From Podarcis bocagei (lineage: Eukaryota): a DNA stretch of 64,000 bases. The stretch's first letter is position 1, and every line of letters begins with the position of its first letter. This document shows positions 1 to 13,820 of this stretch, in pieces. The DNA lies in NCBI GenBank assembly GCA_964188305.1, contig OZ076885.1. One strand, 5' to 3'. The notes beneath the pieces were generated by a model. It was not told the DNA's origin, made no database searches, and worked only from the letters and a program-made list of their open reading frames with translations. Made by a program: the position numbers and the translations under genes.

Positions 1-298
1 GGCAAAATGAATGAAGCATGCAGTCCCCCTCCCGCTGCAGTCTGATGTGGACTGTTTTCTGCATGTTTCAGTCTGCTGTCGGTTCATGGCTTTCAGAGAG
101 ATTATGGTGAAGCAAATGAGATCTCTAAGCTATGCAGAGACAAATAAATATGCATGTGTTTATACTTCATGATCAACTCTTCTGTTATTAAGGAGATGAA
201 ATGTGTTTTATGTCACTTTGAACAAAACTAAAGTCTCTAATATTGAATGTACTGTATTGTGGTGTTGTCTGTGTGGCTTTTTCCCTGCTCTTGTGCAG

Positions 299-546
299 AT
301 AAAGCAGGGAGGTCGTGCTGCTGGTGTGGCCATGCATGAGCATCAGCAGGAACTGGCCAAAATGAAGTCAGAGCTTGAGAAGAAAATCTTGTTTTACGAA
401 GAGGAGCTGGTCAGGCGAGAAGCATCCCATGTCTTGGAAGTAAAAAATGTGAAAAAGGAGGTGCATGACTTAGAAAGCCATCAGCTAGCACTGCAGAAAG
501 AGATCATGATGTTAAAAGATAAATTGGATAAGGCCAAACGGGAGAA
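299..546 (+). CDS. CDC42BPB: MRCK-beta coding exon (~human exon 15), coiled coil; gene begins upstream of window
   Basis: tgcag|ATA..AA|gtaagt; IKQGGRAAG...[29 protein letters not shown]...[10 protein letters not shown] matches MRCK-beta. Confidence 0.95.
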
Positions 547-721
547 GTAAGTTCTGTGTACAACTGCTTTCTTGGAAACACCCCCCCCCCCCCGCAAAAA
601 AAATGTCGCTATACATAATGTGGCATCCGAAAACTAAATAAGATTTATGTACTCAATTCCATAAAAAGCAGCAATAGTTTCTTTGAAATGGCATTTACAT
701 GATATTATTTCACGCTTGTAG

Positions 722-827
722 GCACAGTGAGATGGAGGAAACAGTGGGAACTCTGAAAGAGAAATATGAGCGAGAGAGAACCATGCTCTTTGAAGATAAC
801 AAGAAAATAACAACTGAAAATGAGAAG
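722..827 (+). CDS. CDC42BPB: MRCK-beta exon (~16)
   Basis: gtag|G CAC..AAG|gtaaat; [35 protein letters not shown]; phase fits. Confidence 0.95.
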
Positions 828-1334
828 GTAAATTGTCATAACCTGTGAAGAAGCACAGTTTTTCATCAGATACAACAGTAATCGCCCACGTGGCTTCCTC
901 CAGATGCTATGGACTTCAGTTCCCATTAGCCCAGCATGCATGGCAAATGGTAAGGGATGATGGGATTTGTAGTTCAGCAACACCTGGAGGGCATGTTGGC
1001 TACCCCAAGATATCTTATGTTTTATTTCTTTAATTCAAATACCATTTTAGAGTCCCCTGCCCTGCTCCTAATTCAAGAGAGGCTACAAATAATTTATTTA
1101 AAAAATACAGTTTTTTTTAATTGTGTGTGAAATCTGACTATTCCATGTCAAATGTGAAAATCTGGGTGTTTAATCTCTGTTATCAAAACCGAAGAAACCT
1201 TCAGTGCTGCTTATACACATACTTTGCCACTTAACTGGGCTGGCTTAATTTGACTGTTTGGAAAACAAAATGTTGCGGGCAGTTTTACACATTTGCTGCA
1301 GGAGGTTCAAAGTTACATTAAATTACAGTTATGA

Positions 1335-1529
<195 letters not shown>

Positions 1530-1738
1530 TAGCAGAAGGAAGGCTCCCATAGAACGGAAACGTGTCATATTGTAGATGATACACTTCAGAAATCACTTGC
1601 AGCCACAAATATTGATTGATACACACTGGCTCCCTCATTTTTATTACCCTTACAGGAACTTTATTAACCTTCTATGTCAACTGATTTCACCAAAGTGAGA
1701 ATGTCTAGGTCATACATTAAAAATTAATTTGTATTAAA

Positions 1739-2211
1739 TGAAAAGGTTGCAGCCTGGCTGTTCATCAGTTCTTTGTTTCAGTTCTTTAATGGTTCTAGGA
1801 CTTGCTCGTGCGTAAGCCGGTGCTTATCTCCCCGGCTGGGTGCAAACACCTGGCTGGGTTGCCTAAGTGAACCTTTTCTGTCCGGACAGCCACTCACCCG
1901 TGGCTGACTCAGTCACTGGCAGAATCCGTCAGTGGGCATTTTTGACGCCTAATCTCCTCCTACTCTCTCTGTGCGAAAGCCTTCTGCGCAAGGAGGGCGT
2001 GGGCAGCGGAGGACCCCTACTCTCCCCGCTGGTCCCAGGCAAGGAGTCATGGGACCGCCTCGCCGCTTCCCCCATCTGCCCCCCTTCTCCACTGGTGCTA
2101 CGCTGAATCTCTTCCCCAGAAGATGGGCTGCTTCTCCCGATCCCTGGACGCTCTCTGGAATCCCTCTGGCTTTTGCTCTCTCCCTCCGGCACTGATGGCA
2201 GTTCCCTGACA
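1739..2211 (-). mobile_element. Probable solo LTR (unclassified)
   Basis: GC-rich block with TG...CA ends (TGTCAGGG at minus-strand 5' end) and ATTAAA near its 3' end; no clear TSD. Confidence 0.45.
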
Positions 2212-2454
2212 AGTTCTTCTTTTTTAAAGTCAACCTTATGATTCCTGTGCCAGACTTATAAATGAGGCAGTGTAGATCCTTCAAAGATTTTTTTAAAATT
2301 CACATCATAACACAGACATGTAGGGGGAAGATTGAAACCATTATGCCACAGCCTTTATAATTCTCCTAACAACCACATATGCACAATCTCAACACAAATT
2401 ACATTCTCCTTAAGGGTAGGGCACTCTTATCTGATGAAAAGAGCTCCTTCTGTT

Positions 2455-2566
2455 GAATCCATCCCCTGCAATGCAGGAATCTTTTGCCCAGTGTGGGACT
2501 TGAACCCATGTCTCTGAGATTGTCTCATACTCTACTGAGTCTCATGCTCTACCGACTGAGCTATCA
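2455..2566 (-). mobile_element. tRNA-Lys-derived SINE (Squam2-like) fragment
   Basis: reverse complement GATAGCTCAGTCGGTAGAGCATGAGACT...GGTTCAAGTCCC...AAAAGATTCCTGCATTGCAGGGG. Confidence 0.7.
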
Positions 2567-3093
2567 AGTGGGCTAAGAATATAAAAGAAAACGGTTTCTC
2601 CCTTTGCTCCCAGACCAGCACTGCCTGTTAAGCAGCAATATCTCAGTTAGGCTCGTTCGTGGTTGTTGCAAATTGTTATTTTTTTATTGCTTTGGGCTGT
2701 TTACAGGTTCTTAATACATTCCTTGAACTAAAGGGGAAGCTCATTCCCTTTGGAGTGGTCTTCACATGACCCTGCCTGTCCATCAAGAGTAGCTCTCATC
2801 AAACAAGGTTGGCCCATTCTTAGTACCTCAGAGATGGGAATTCACAGGTCATCACAAACCCCAAATTTCCCCTGTCAATAAACTTTGCTGCTTAATTATC
2901 TCCACAGCAGGAGTGTTACAATAGGTCTACCCTGGGATGGTTGTAGGGAAAACTACCCTGGCTGTGTCTGCTGAGTTTAATCCTGAAAAGTTTCATGCAA
3001 GAAAAACATTTTATGGTTTGAACACTGATAACATGTTATTGAATGTGTGTGTGCCTGTGTCCTTTATCAATATAAAGGGGTGACTCTTTATGA

Positions 3094-3234
<141 letters not shown>

Positions 3235-3558
3235 TAACTGGAAAGCTTTACAATTTGAGGGGCCTCCAATTTTGTGTATCTTCAATGAATCTAGAAGTTC
3301 TTTTAAAAACGATTAAGGGTTTGTTTCCTTGTTCGCTCCAATTGCCAACCCCCTGCACCACACATTAGCCAACAATAGCGTCCCCTTCCCACCCCAGGCG
3401 ACTACTACACTCGTTTTCACCTTCTCAGCCCCATTTCTGAACCCCTTTCTATTCTGCAGCCCTTCTTTGCATCCATTTTAATCTTCAGTCCCATGTCCAC
3501 CCCTCCTCCCCCTCCTTCTGTGTAATCTCCACCCTGCAGACACCCCACCCCATGGTTA

Positions 3559-3900
3559 AAGGTAAAGGGACCCCTGACCATTAGGTCCAGTTGTGATCGA
3601 CTCTGGGGTTGCGGTGCTCATCTCGCTTTATTGGCCGAGGGAGCCGGCGTACAGCTTCTGGGTCATGTGGCCAGCATGACTAAGCCGCTTCCGGCGAACC
3701 AGAGCAGCACACGGAAACACTGTTTACCTTCCCGCCGGAGCGGTACCTATTTATCTACTTGCACTTTGAGATGCTTGCAAACTGCAGGAGCCGGGACTGA
3801 GCAACGGGAGCTCACCCCGTCGCAGGGATTCGAACCGCCAACCTTCTGATCGGCAAGTCCTAGGCTCTGTGGTTTAGCCCACAGTGCCACCCGCGTCCCT
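3559..3900 (-). mobile_element. Sauria (Squam1) SINE, full length
   Basis: tRNA-like head with A/B boxes, ACCTTT tail, 14-bp TSD CCACCCCATGGTTA (3545-3558, 3901-3914). Confidence 0.9.
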
Positions 3901-5197
3901 CCACCCCATGGTTACCACCTGCATATTCCTCATCCCCACACATTGCAACTACTAAGCGGCCTTTTCAGCTTCTACCCAATTATGAAGCCATGCTTTCATC
4001 TTCACCCCCATCCACACGTTTCCTACTTCATCCTTTTTTGCAACTCTCTTTGCACCTTCATTTTCACATTCACTCCCCTTTTCCCCTCCTCCTCCTTACT
4101 TTTCTCAACTCTCCCTTGTACACAGATCGCTCCCATTTCCATGCCTCATCCTCTCTCCTACTCTGCAGCTCCTTTTGTGCACATACCACATATGTTACTG
4201 AATCTTTGAGATGAATAGAATCTTAAGAGCAAGCCTGTCAGTTAGCTTGTTGAGTTAGAGATAGTTAAATTAAGTTGGTGTGTGTGTGTATTTGCTTGTT
4301 AACAAAATATCTGTTCTAAATTAACTACACTGAATCTGGAACTTCATGTTGAAAGCAACACATGGTAGCAGTAGTGAAATGCATTTTGTGAAGGTACGAT
4401 AGAATATTTGAGGGCTCCTAATCTTTTATCTCTGACACATGAGACAGCTAAGAAATATAAGTGGGAGAAGCTTGAATACAGCGAGAACAGAGGACACTGA
4501 AAGGAAAGCAAGTGGTTGTTTTAAATAACTACAGAAGTTTGAGTAAAAGTGAAGGTGGAAGCACACTGAGAGGAAAATAGTGATTTTAGACAACAGCAGA
4601 GGTTGGAGTAAAGCAGGGATGGAGGATGCAGAAGGGTTGCCTTTTAAAAAAACAAACAGGGCAGTTTTAACAAGAAGAAATAGAAATGATGGATACAACA
4701 CCAGAAAGCTAACACAACAGAGCTATTCCAAATTCCCTTCCTGTTGTACTCAAACTTTGTTTAAACTTCCACTGCCCCTGCATCACTTCATTCTTGCTCT
4801 ACTCAAAACTTCTGCCGTTGTTTATATTTGCCACTTTTTCCCCTCCCAGTGTGCCTTCATCGCTGCTTCATTTAAACATCTGTTGTTGCTCAAAAACTAC
4901 TATTTTCCTCTCAGTTCTCTCCATCCCTGCTTTGCTCAAATGTCTGCCTTTACTTTAAACCACCACGTTCCCCTTCTCATCGTACCTCCCTTTTTGCTCC
5001 CATGTCATGGCAAATGTTGTTGTGCAACCTGCCTTTGATGTTGCTCCCCTATCCCATCCTGACTTCATGCAAATCCAGAATTGTGATGCTGCACTACAGA
5101 TTTTCCCATGGGGCTGCATGATGACATTCTTATATTTTTGTTATATATAGAGAAAAGGCAGACCATTCCTCCCCCAAAGCCTCCCTCCCGCATTCTC

Positions 5198-5720
5198 CAT
5201 AAGAACATAAAAAATTGCTTTGCTGGACCAGGCCAGTAGTCCTCAGCAGCCTACTAGCAGCTATAGCCCTTTCCTTTTGATATTCCACCAACAGCTGCTA
5301 TTCAGTGTCACGTTACGAGGAGCCATCGTGACTAGTAGTCATTGATAAATTCACCTAAAAGCCAGCTGAGCTAGTGGTAGTCACCACATCTTGTGTCTCC
5401 AAGTTCCACAAATGACTCATATACCGTGTGAAGAGCTGCTTCCTTTTTTTCTGCACGGAATTTCCTGCCAATAAGTTTAATTGGTATTGTACTGCTTTGG
5501 GGGGGAGGGGCATTTCTCTTACTGATTTTCTAATGCCATACATAATTCTATAAATATCTATCATGTTGCCCTTCCCCAGGTAACTTCGTTTTAAACTGAC
5601 CTCCCCACAAACGCTATAGCCTTTCTTCATAGAAAAGGTGCCCCAGCCTCCTGATCATTCTAGTTGTTATTTTCTGTACTTTTTCCTGTGCTACAATATC
5701 CTTTTTGAGACTGGTGGCCA
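5198..5720 (-). mobile_element. Old CR1 LINE 3' fragment
   Basis: CATAAGAACATAA tail signature and degraded CR1 ORF2 C-terminus. Confidence 0.65.
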
Positions 5721-5795
5721 TCTCAAAGAGAATCAATTTTGTGTTCCCTAATTCTAATGTATATTATTTGTGAATTGATTCTGGAACCAGTTACC

Positions 5796-5796
<1 letters not shown>

Positions 5797-5843
<47 letters not shown>

Positions 5844-6411
5844 TAATTTATTATTTGTACCCCACCAATCTGGCTGGGTTTCCCCAGCCACTCTGGGCGG
5901 CTTCCACAAAGACCAAAAATACATTAGGATGTCACACATTAAAAACGTCTCTGAACAGGGCTGCCTTAAGATGTCTTCTGAATGTCAGGTAGTTGTTTAT
6001 CTCTTTGACATCTGATGGGAGGGAGTTCCACAGGGCGGGTGCCACTACCGAGAAGGCCCTGTGCCTGGTTCCCTGTAGCTTTGCTTCTTGCAATGAGGGA
6101 ACCACCAGAAGGCCCTCGGTGCTGGACCTCAGCATCCAGGCAGAACGATGGGGGTGGAGACACTCCTTCAGGTATACTGGGCTGAGGCCGTTTAGGGCTT
6201 TGAAGGTAATCACCAACACTTTGAATTGTGCTTGGAAACGTACTGGGAGCCAATGTAGGTCTTTCAAGACCAGTGTTATGTGGTCTCGGCCGCCGCCCCC
6301 AGTCACCAGTCTAGCTGCCGCATTCTGGATTAGTTGTAGTTTCCAGGTCACCTTCAAAGGTAGCCCCACGTAGAGTGCATTGCAGTAGTCCAAGCAGGAG
6401 ATAACTAGAGC
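5797..6411 (-). mobile_element. L2 LINE 3' fragment with (TAT)n tail
   Basis: LDYCNALYVGLP...LQLIQNAAARLV...LHWLPVRF...FKVLV L2 ORF2 C-terminal motifs. Confidence 0.9.
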
Positions 6412-7504
6412 CATATATTTGGCTTGTTTCAGTTCTCATTATAATTGAGATTCCCGCCCCCCTTGGGTATTTTTTTGAAAATTACTGGGCTCTTCTTCTA
6501 TCTATCTTTCATTGTATTTACTTATTTAATGCAACCCAGTTTGGGCTACCTTTTTGAAGGAAGAGGAGTGTACAGAGTTTGAATCAATGAAAATGAAGAA
6601 TCACATCATTCAGTGAATTCTAGAAGGCAGGAATAGGATGGTATCTAGCATGGAACTTAGAAAAGTTCCAAATGAGGATGGAGCGTTGCCCTTGGCAATC
6701 AATAGCAGAAGGAAGCAGCCCTTCTCAGGAAATAGATTGGCTTAAACAGCTGGTGCCTTTGCCCATTCCCATCTCCCTTCTCAACATGCTGCTTGTTACA
6801 GCTGAACTGGCCCTAGGGAGAGGAATTGTTTCTCCTATTGGAAGCCAGGGGAAGGGTGAGTCCCAGAGCTAGTTTCCTTTCTCGTAAAGTCTTTGGACAG
6901 TGTCATTGTTTACTGCCTCAGTTGCTCTTTAGAGACTCTAATGTAACAGTCTAATCTGTATAAAAACATTAAAATATGAAAAAAAATAATGTCAAATGTA
7001 AGGCTAGAATGGGAAAATGGTGATTTTATCTGTTTACAAAGGATAGCAGATAGTTCCACAGTGAAATGGATTTTGGCAAATCATCAATCCAATAATTGCC
7101 TCTTTGAAGCACCTTTGAAGCAATTTTTTAAACTTTTCCTTGGCTTTGTTTGTTTCTGTATTTACATCCATCCCGCCAGGCCACCAGGGGCCCTCAAGGG
7201 CAATATTTTTGTCAATTCATTCTCTGGGGATTTTTTGGTCAGCTCTTGCTGTCAATGTAAAACTGCTTGGTTTGTGTTTCAGCTACATTTTCCAGCTGCA
7301 TTTCCCACCTCCCCAATTTTTAAGTTGGAATGCACTACAAATGTTTTTCTTCCCTAAATGCCGTCTTCCTTTTAAGATCTCATCTCCCCTCCACCCCTAC
7401 CTCGCTAACGATGATGAATACAACTGAAGCTTTTAAATCGCTTTTAATATTTAAACACATGTGATAAATTCTTTAGCAGTATTAACCATTGCTTTTTGCA
7501 ATAG

Positions 7505-7654
<150 letters not shown>

Positions 7655-9165
7655 TAATGTTTCAGATCATTTTTTAATTTTGCTTTTCTAATATAAAATA
7701 TGGCATTCATGTAATTCTTTATGTAATTGAGTTTTTGATGCATATTTCTGAAAGTACGTGTATTTGCCAGGGAGTCTAAGAACTCAAAATAAACAGCCCC
7801 AAGCCTCTGCCTTGCATTACAGTTTAAGCATAGCGGCCTAGATTAGCCCTCAACCAGCCTGGTGCCCTCCAGATGTTTTGGACTACCAGCCTCTGTCAGC
7901 CCCAGCCAGCTCAGTTTTGGCTAGGGGTGAGTTGTAGTCCAAAATGTCTAGAAGGCACGAGGTTGGGGAAGGTTGACCTAGATCCAAAGAACAATGCAAC
8001 TAGTTCCTTCCTGCCCAAGGGGAAAGCGAAGAACTCTTTCAAACTGGGGGAAGCTTTGAAAAGCAGTTTGGGATTTGCCATTGGGGTTGTCGCTCTTAGA
8101 AACAACAGTAAAAAAATAATCCCACTGACCGTGCAAAGCCCTTTGGTGAATTTGCGTAACTTTTTGGATCCTGGCTAATGCCCTTAAGTCTGTTTGGAAA
8201 GCAAACTGCCAAGTTGTGGGTTCCTCCTCCTCCTTCTCCTCCTCCTCTCCCTGCTTTTCTTGCATCACCTTCTTAAGCTTTAACTATAGGGATGCCAACC
8301 ATTTGGAAACCAGGGGTTGAAATGGGCAAGCATTAGTCATGGTGAACATTTGTATGGTCATAACGCTTAGCCATGGTTTTTGGCTATTAGCATAAGGGCA
8401 GGGGGGAAGAATTGCACACAACACAAGCTGGGGGGAAGAAGCATGTAATTCTGTGGCCTGCTTTTATTTTCTCAGTTGTACGTCATGATGGGTGGATGGA
8501 GCGCAGAACCCATCCAGTCATATTTTCTACCCCCCCCTCCCAATACCCCTTTCACCTCCCCACACCTCCGCACCATTTCCCATATCACTTCCATCAGCAC
8601 TTGCACCACAATGGCTGCTTCTCTTTTAAAGGAAGAAGTAGCCCTGTTCCTAATTTCCTGTGTAGGAGGAAGACTCGGGATTGTGAGAGACGGAGGGAAA
8701 AGGTGGCCAAGCAAGCAGTCATTTCCTTCCTCATGATACCCTAGGTCAAATTCCAGCCAGGAAGCCAAGGCATTCTAGCCCTGCAGCCTGAGCCTAGAGC
8801 TCTTGCATTGGCTTTTGTCATAGTGCGGGGAGGGGGGTGGGTTGGCTAGCCTGTCGTTGTTTTCAGCAAGCCCTGGGGCATCTCTGTCCCTGTTAGAGAC
8901 TTGCAGCTGGCTTCCTCCAGCCAGCCAGCATGTGCAGGATTATGGGTCATGAATGTGTCATGTTGTTAGGAAGTGTCACGGTTTTGGCAAGCTTTTTTGA
9001 AGTTGGTTTTGTACATCCGACTCATGGCTTCTCTTTCTGAAACTGGGCAGTGTAGCAACCTAGAGCTTGAGCAAATCCACATCCACTGGAGCCCCCCGAG
9101 GGCAAAGAAAAGTGTTTTGCTTTATTATGTTCCAAATGCTTCAAGGTTTCCATTTCACCATTTAG

Positions 9166-9260
9166 CAAACTAAAGGAATCTGAAACAAAAAATCGGGAAC
9201 TCTTGGAAGAAGTTGAAGCTTTAAAGAAGAAGCTGGAGGAGAAATACAGGACAGATGCAG
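9166..9260 (+). CDS. CDC42BPB: MRCK-beta exon (~20)
   Basis: ttag|C AAA..G|gtaatg; [31 protein letters not shown]. Confidence 0.95.
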
Positions 9261-9331
9261 GTAATGTAGACACTAAATCCTGTTGAGGCCCTTGTCTTGC
9301 TGTAGAATGGACAGTAGATACTAGATTCAAG

Positions 9332-9461
9332 CAGTAGCCGTGATGGTCTGATGCAGTCGAAATAAATAAATAAAAATTAAAAATGTCCAGTAGCACATTA
9401 GAGACCAACTAAGTTTGTTCTGGGTATAAGCTTTTGTGTGCATGCACACTTCTTCAGCTAC
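9332..9461 (-). mobile_element. Penelope-like element pLTR remnant with decayed hammerhead motif
   Basis: reverse complement CTGAAGAAGTGTGCATGCACACAAAAGCTTATAC...TTGGTCTCTAATGTGCTACTGG, typical reptile PLE terminus. Confidence 0.7.
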
Positions 9462-10327
9462 TCTGTCACTGTACATCTTCCTGGTACTCTGGGGACTCTG
9501 AAGCGATGAAAAAGGCCAGATGACAACTAGAACACAGGTGGCAGAAATAACTTTGAGGTCGACTGAGCACTGGTTATAATCATTCTTACCCAGTGTGGCT
9601 ATGAGGACACCAAACATACCTTGTGCTTCCATGGCATCCTCAAGTAGTCTCCCACTGGAACTGTACAGGGTGGTCTTAACAGTTCTCCATGGAGGGATCA
9701 CCACTGGATTCCTCAAAGTTCTGTTGTGCCATGTTTGCATGACACTTTGAGGATAGAACTCAACTCACCTTGATGTCATGACTATGGCAGTTCCTAGTGA
9801 GGCCTCCAGTACAACATCTTGCCCTGTTTTGTTTGGTCAGTTTCAGATTATGAGGCCCCAAGGTGCTTGCAGCTATGCATCCAGCTAAGTGCCCTCTCAA
9901 TCACTGTCCTTCATGACTAATCAAATCAAGACAGCAGGGTATGTCTGGTTGGGTCTGGAGGTGATTTACATGCCTTTACACAAGGGGGTGGACTCCACTA
10001 CCCTTAAAGAGGCTTTGGTATGGCCATTCCTTTTTTTTAAAAAAAGGTCACCCCAATACCAGCAGTTTGTGACAGCTATCCACTAGTTGAAAATGCCCTG
10101 TTTGGGGGAAGGTGATCAAGATTCAGACATTCTTGGAAGATACACATTATCTAGACCCATTCCAGACAAGGTTCAGGCCTGGCTTTGGAATAGGCTTCCA
10201 GCAAACATCAGGCGGGGACCTACAGTATTGGCGTTAAAGCACCTGCTTAAAATGCAACTTTTCACCCAGGCTTTCCCAGAGGGGTGATCCAGCTATGCCG
10301 ATGGTTTACTCTGAGTTACTAATTTGT

Positions 10328-10683
10328 AACAGTGGGTGGCGCTGTGGGTTAAACCACAGAGCCTAGGACCTGCCGATCGAAAGGGCGGCGGTTTGAATCC
10401 CCGCGGCGGGGTGAGCTCCCGTCGTTTGGTCCCAGCTCCTGCCTACCTAGCAGTTCGAAAGCACCCCTAAGTGCAAGTAGATAAATAGGGACCGCTTTCC
10501 AGCGGGAAGGTAAACGGTGTTTCCGTGTGCTGCGCTGGCTCGCCAGATGCAGCTTCGTCACACTGGCCACGTGACCCGGAAGTGTCTTCAGACAGCGCCG
10601 GCTCCCGGCCTCTTGAGCGAGATGAGCGCGCAACCCTAGGGTCGGTCACGACTGGCCCTGATGGGCAGGGGTACCTTTACCTT
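10328..10683 (+). mobile_element. Sauria (Squam1) SINE
   Basis: GGGTGGCGCTGTGGGTTAAACCAC head, ACCTTT tail, TSD TTACTAATTTGT. Confidence 0.88.
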
Positions 10684-10829
10684 TTACTAATTTGTGGTGC
10701 ATTTTGTAGTTGTTTTAGGAATGTAATTTTATTTAATACTGTTCACCACCATGATGATTGTTGCAATTTTTTTTAAAAAAAAGTAAAATAGCAGGATGAT
10801 GACTAACTAATTGTGCTTTCTTTTTCCAG

Positions 10830-10909
10830 GTCTCAAACTTTCAGACTTCCAGGATTCTATTTTTGAATACTTCAATACATCACCTCTTGCTCACGATCTG
10901 ACTTTCAGA
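10830..10909 (+). CDS. CDC42BPB: MRCK-beta exon (~21)
   Basis: ttccag|GT CTC..AGA|gtgagt; [27 protein letters not shown]. Confidence 0.95.
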
Positions 10910-11094
10910 GTGAGTATTAGCAGCCTTAAACCTTTGCACAGGAAACATAGTGAGTTGGGATGTTAAAAAGGAGTGTGGAGCAAGAAGGATAGCCGGATCT
11001 ATACTGATATATGACATAAAGTTATGAGTGAGAAGTGAGGTGGCTGTGTTTTTCTGATGATACCATCAGAATTGCAAAAAGGAATCCAAAGGAG

Positions 11095-11560
11095 GTCCAA
11101 AAGGATCTCCAAAAGGATGAACGGGGAGTAGAATGGCAAATGCAGTTCAACATCAGCAAGTGTAAAGTTAAGCACATTGGGGAGAAAAGTCCTAATTTTG
11201 CATAGATGCCAATGGGATCTGGGCTACTGTTTACTGGATAGTTCAGTGAAGATGTCAAGGCACCTGTGAAGAAAATGAATTCCATGTTAGGGATTGTTAG
11301 GGAAAGGATTGAAAATAAAACTGCCCGTGTCATAATGCCATTTCATCAATCAATGGTGTGATTGCACTTCAAATACTGTTAACAGTTCCGGTTGTCTCAC
11401 CTTGAAAAGGATATTGCTAGACCTGGAGAAGGTTCAGAAGAGTGCAGCCACAATGACCAAGGGGCTGGTGTAACTCCCCTATAAGGAGTTACATTTGGGC
11501 CTTTTTAGTTTAGGGGGAAAGGCAAGTAAGTGGGAATATCATAGCAGTGTATGCAACAAA
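11095..11560 (+). mobile_element. Old CR1 LINE ORF2 fragment
   Basis: TGGCAAATGCAGTTCAAC..AAGTGTAAAG..CACATTGG (WQMQFN..KCKV.HIG) and LEKVQKSA-like motifs. Confidence 0.75.
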
Positions 11561-12000
11561 ATGGATACAGATAATTACATTCAAAAACTGGTTCATCTCT
11601 TTCTAACTCACTCACTTATTATATGATATTGAAGTAGGTAATAGCAGTTCATAAAGAAAAAGGACCCTGTCCCACAAGCAATCTAAATTGTAAGCTCCTT
11701 GAGGCAGGGTTCCTCTCTTTTGCTGTAAAGTGCCGTGTAAATTGGAAGTTTACTTTTTGGTAGCTTAAAGTTAGAGCACAGTGTGGAAGAAGAGAAATGA
11801 GTGTTTTTTCTTCACTAACATAAACTTAAATATCCTATTCTGTGGTCCATATCTGTTTGGCTCCTCTTACAGTATTAATATATATGTGCTTATTTAGCCT
11901 CTGTTCACCTCCCTTGAGCTGTATATTAAACCCACCTCCCATTAAGGCTAAGCAAAGGGAAAGCCCACCTGTATCCATTTTTCAGACCTCCCATATCTGT

Positions 12001-12052
<52 letters not shown>

Positions 12053-13820
12053 TGTTTCATCCCATACAGCAGTAGTTAACTGTTGTTAGACTACAACTCC
12101 CATCAGTCCCAGCAACCTTGGCAATGGGCCGATATCATGGCAGTTGTATTCTAACAGCATTTGGAGGCCCACATGTTCCTCAGCTCCATTCATTTATTTC
12201 TCTCTCTGTTGGAAAGGGAATACATGACAGTGTTACTAAAAGACAGATGGGTTATAGAAAAATAAAATCACAAGAACATCCCCAAAGCTATGCTATTCCA
12301 CTAAATTATCCAGCAGACCAAGCAGACTGCAAAACCTGTCAGTTACAGCTTGCCTGACAGGAAAAATAGGCCCTTTCTTCAGCTTTTAGGTGATGTGACT
12401 GAAGATTAGTAGCTAGACACTGGGAAAAATATATGTATTCTGTTCTTGATAAATTCACCTACTTAAACTAATGAGTTCTGTGTTTGTCAGAAACACATAC
12501 TTGAGCACAGTTTGTATTCAGTGTCCTTATCAATACTTAATGGGTTGCATATTTGTTTTATTGTATGGAAATTCATCTGTTGATTGGAATGAGATTGGAA
12601 TGACCGTCACAAACAGATAAAAGAATGCTAACAATTGCCATGCTTGATCAGACCAAGCGATCATATAATTCATGCGTTGCAAGCCAAATGCTTAGAAAAG
12701 GTCACAAGATACAATAGTAATATAATAAATGCAGTGTAGAGTCATATTACAAATTCAGCACAATCATATTCACGGTGAAAAATGAAATCTTAATGAAAGT
12801 ATTTTTAATTCTCTTCCACTCTGCATGTTTTATAGAACAAACTCCCAAGTCAGTAGAAATCAAGAGTGCTTAACCTGACATGACTAATTCTGTATGCCAC
12901 TTTGCTTTCCTCGGGGGATGTATGACTTACTTGCAAGTGCCTAGTCATCTGCATCTGGAATGTCATAAAGCCCAGAGAGGATATGTGTCACAACCCAGCT
13001 CAGATAAAAACCTGTATGGAGTTTGGGTCTACAATTTCACATTCGATCACTGGAATTACAATTATATCTATTCTTGCGACTTCCTGGCTTTCCTTATTTC
13101 CTTTTCAAACTGCATGTTGGTTGCCAGGGGAAAGATAAATTGGCTGCAAGTCTTTGCAGAAAGGCTGCTTGCATCTCACAGAAGGTGGGCGCTGGTTTGT
13201 TGCTGTTGCAGAAGGATGTGCTGTGTGCTGCTCTCCACCCACACTGCAGCCTCTTTGAAAACAAACTAGAATGCAATCACAAGTTGTGCCAAACCTTAGC
13301 TGTTACCGACAACTGGGAAGTAGAAAGATCTTTGCTACGTTAGATCTAAAAGCCCTTTATAGTGAGGTGTTGAATTTTTTATGAAGATCAAATATCTGCC
13401 TTCATTATATACATCTGCAGGAAATGTTTATTATTGTATGTTGCACTTACTCTCGAGTTCCTTACCTCATTTGACCTCGCAATAGCGGCTGAGACAGATC
13501 AGTATATTCCAGTATTACAGATGGGAAAAGGAGGCTGAGTGCTAGGAACTTCCCCAAGGCCACTCACCGAGTCAGAGCTGCTATTTTCTCTGGCAACATT
13601 TTGTTGGTTGTATTCGATAGCAAACACTATTCAGATGTATTATGAGGAATATTTAATATTGGTAATGCACAGTTTGGGAATATCAGGAAAATGTTGGCTT
13701 TGCAGTCTGCAAACTTTGCCAATTACTAACTTACCTAGTTAGTTTGCTAATAACCGCTCTGATGGTTTGTTGCTGGGTAAAAAGTGATCAATTTTATCCT
13801 CTCATATCTATTACAACAAG

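Noticed and set aside
2490-2566. tRNA-Lys-like sequence (also near 63000-63065)
   Set aside because: SINE head with internal duplication and CR1-like tail; not an intact tRNA
8475-8960. GC-richer intronic block with overlapping short ORFs
   Set aside because: Probably an unclassified repeat; no convincing termini, TSD or protein similarity
12836-12878. Acceptor-like tatag with upstream TGCATG, followed by a TNSQVSRNQE-like frame resembling the start of exon 15264
   Set aside because: The resembling frame is offset by one base from the AG, the in-phase frame stops after 6 codons, and there is no good frame-preserving donor
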